Source of the DNA: a virus
Taxonomy: Duplodnaviria; Caudoviricetes
Reading direction: 5' to 3' (one strand)
Length of the DNA stretch: 55,128 nucleotides
Virus record (IMG/VR): IMGVR_UViG_3300037246_000495
Location: 1 to 55,128 of that record
Of the stretch, positions 54,788 to 55,128 are shown piece by piece. The notes under the pieces are model-generated. The model saw nothing but the letters and a program-made list of their open reading frames with translations. It was not told the origin of the DNA and did not search any database. Each line of letters opens with the position of its first letter. The first letter of the stretch is position 1. Made by a program: the position numbers and the translations under genes.

Positions 54788-55128
54788 TTAATCAATTGTA
54801 AATTCATTATTAATGTCATCATCTGTAAATATAAATTCATCATCATCAATAGCTATAGCCTCTTCTGAAATAGTTACGTATTTCGAAACTGGTCTCCCTT
54901 CAAATTTAGCCACGTTATCAGTGCCGCCTAGATCTAGGTTATCAATCCATATATGATTGTATGGTTCGTTAATATTTCCTCTATATTGGACTATCGCATG
55001 AACCTTAGGTTTGCCATCTTCGAAAGTCTCGTTAATGGTTCTCCTTTGTGCTGCTGTTAATAGCGCTGTAAATGTTGGCTTTTCAATACCCCAATCAGGC
55101 TCGGCCAAATCATTAACTAATATATCCT
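54788..55128 (-). CDS. C-terminal part of the origin-spanning tail protein
   Basis: Listed ORF 54788-55108 is in frame with the gene starting at 2549 (...GQDILVNDLAEPDWGIEK...). Confidence 0.8.
   Translation of the reverse strand, partial: DILVNDLAEPDWGIEKPTFTALLTAAQRRTINETFEDGKPKVHAIVQYRGNINEPYNHIWIDNLDLGGTDNVAKFEGRPVSKYVTISEEAIAIDDDEFIFTDDDINNEFTID
55002..55128. repeat. Second copy of the 127-bp terminal overlap
   Basis: Identical to 1-127. Confidence 0.97.

Noticed and set aside
2546-55108. Stop-codon reassignment
   Set aside because: Core genes are full length in code 11, and TAA, TAG and TGA all end genes at sensible boundaries.

Overview
This window is a complete, circularly assembled tailed-phage genome of about 55,001 bp; bases 1-127 equal 55002-55128, an assembly overlap. 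It looks like a siphovirus of a Bacteroidota host: it has TAnnTTTG -7 promoter boxes, A-rich translation starts without Shine-Dalgarno sites, and a DUF3127-type SSB. The minus strand carries terminase small and large subunits, portal, scaffold, major capsid, tail genes, tape measure, a tail protein spanning the origin and a tail fibre with a C-terminal chaperone. It also carries lysozyme and holin candidates, a replication initiator and loader, a Sak4-like ATPase with SSB, an adenine methyltransferase, nucleases and a metallophosphoesterase. Two plus-strand accessory islands interrupt the tail module. I recognised no integrase, DNA polymerase, reverse transcriptase or CRISPR array. Main observations: (1) a self-contained operon of a radical SAM enzyme plus an unannotated 29-aa Cys/Gly peptide, a candidate phage RiPP or split rSAM system; (2) integron-like attC hairpins bounding gene cassettes with no integrase, all three having ATT in place of the GTT core; (3) about 17 palindromic ATGYT-N4-ARCAY sites, 14 of them exactly 33 nt upstream of a -7 box; (4) non-coding units including a tRNA-like RNA with a shortened anticodon arm and a kissing-loop leader; (5) tail-fibre genes with Sec-type signal peptides. 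All functional calls come from motif recognition by eye, not database searches.
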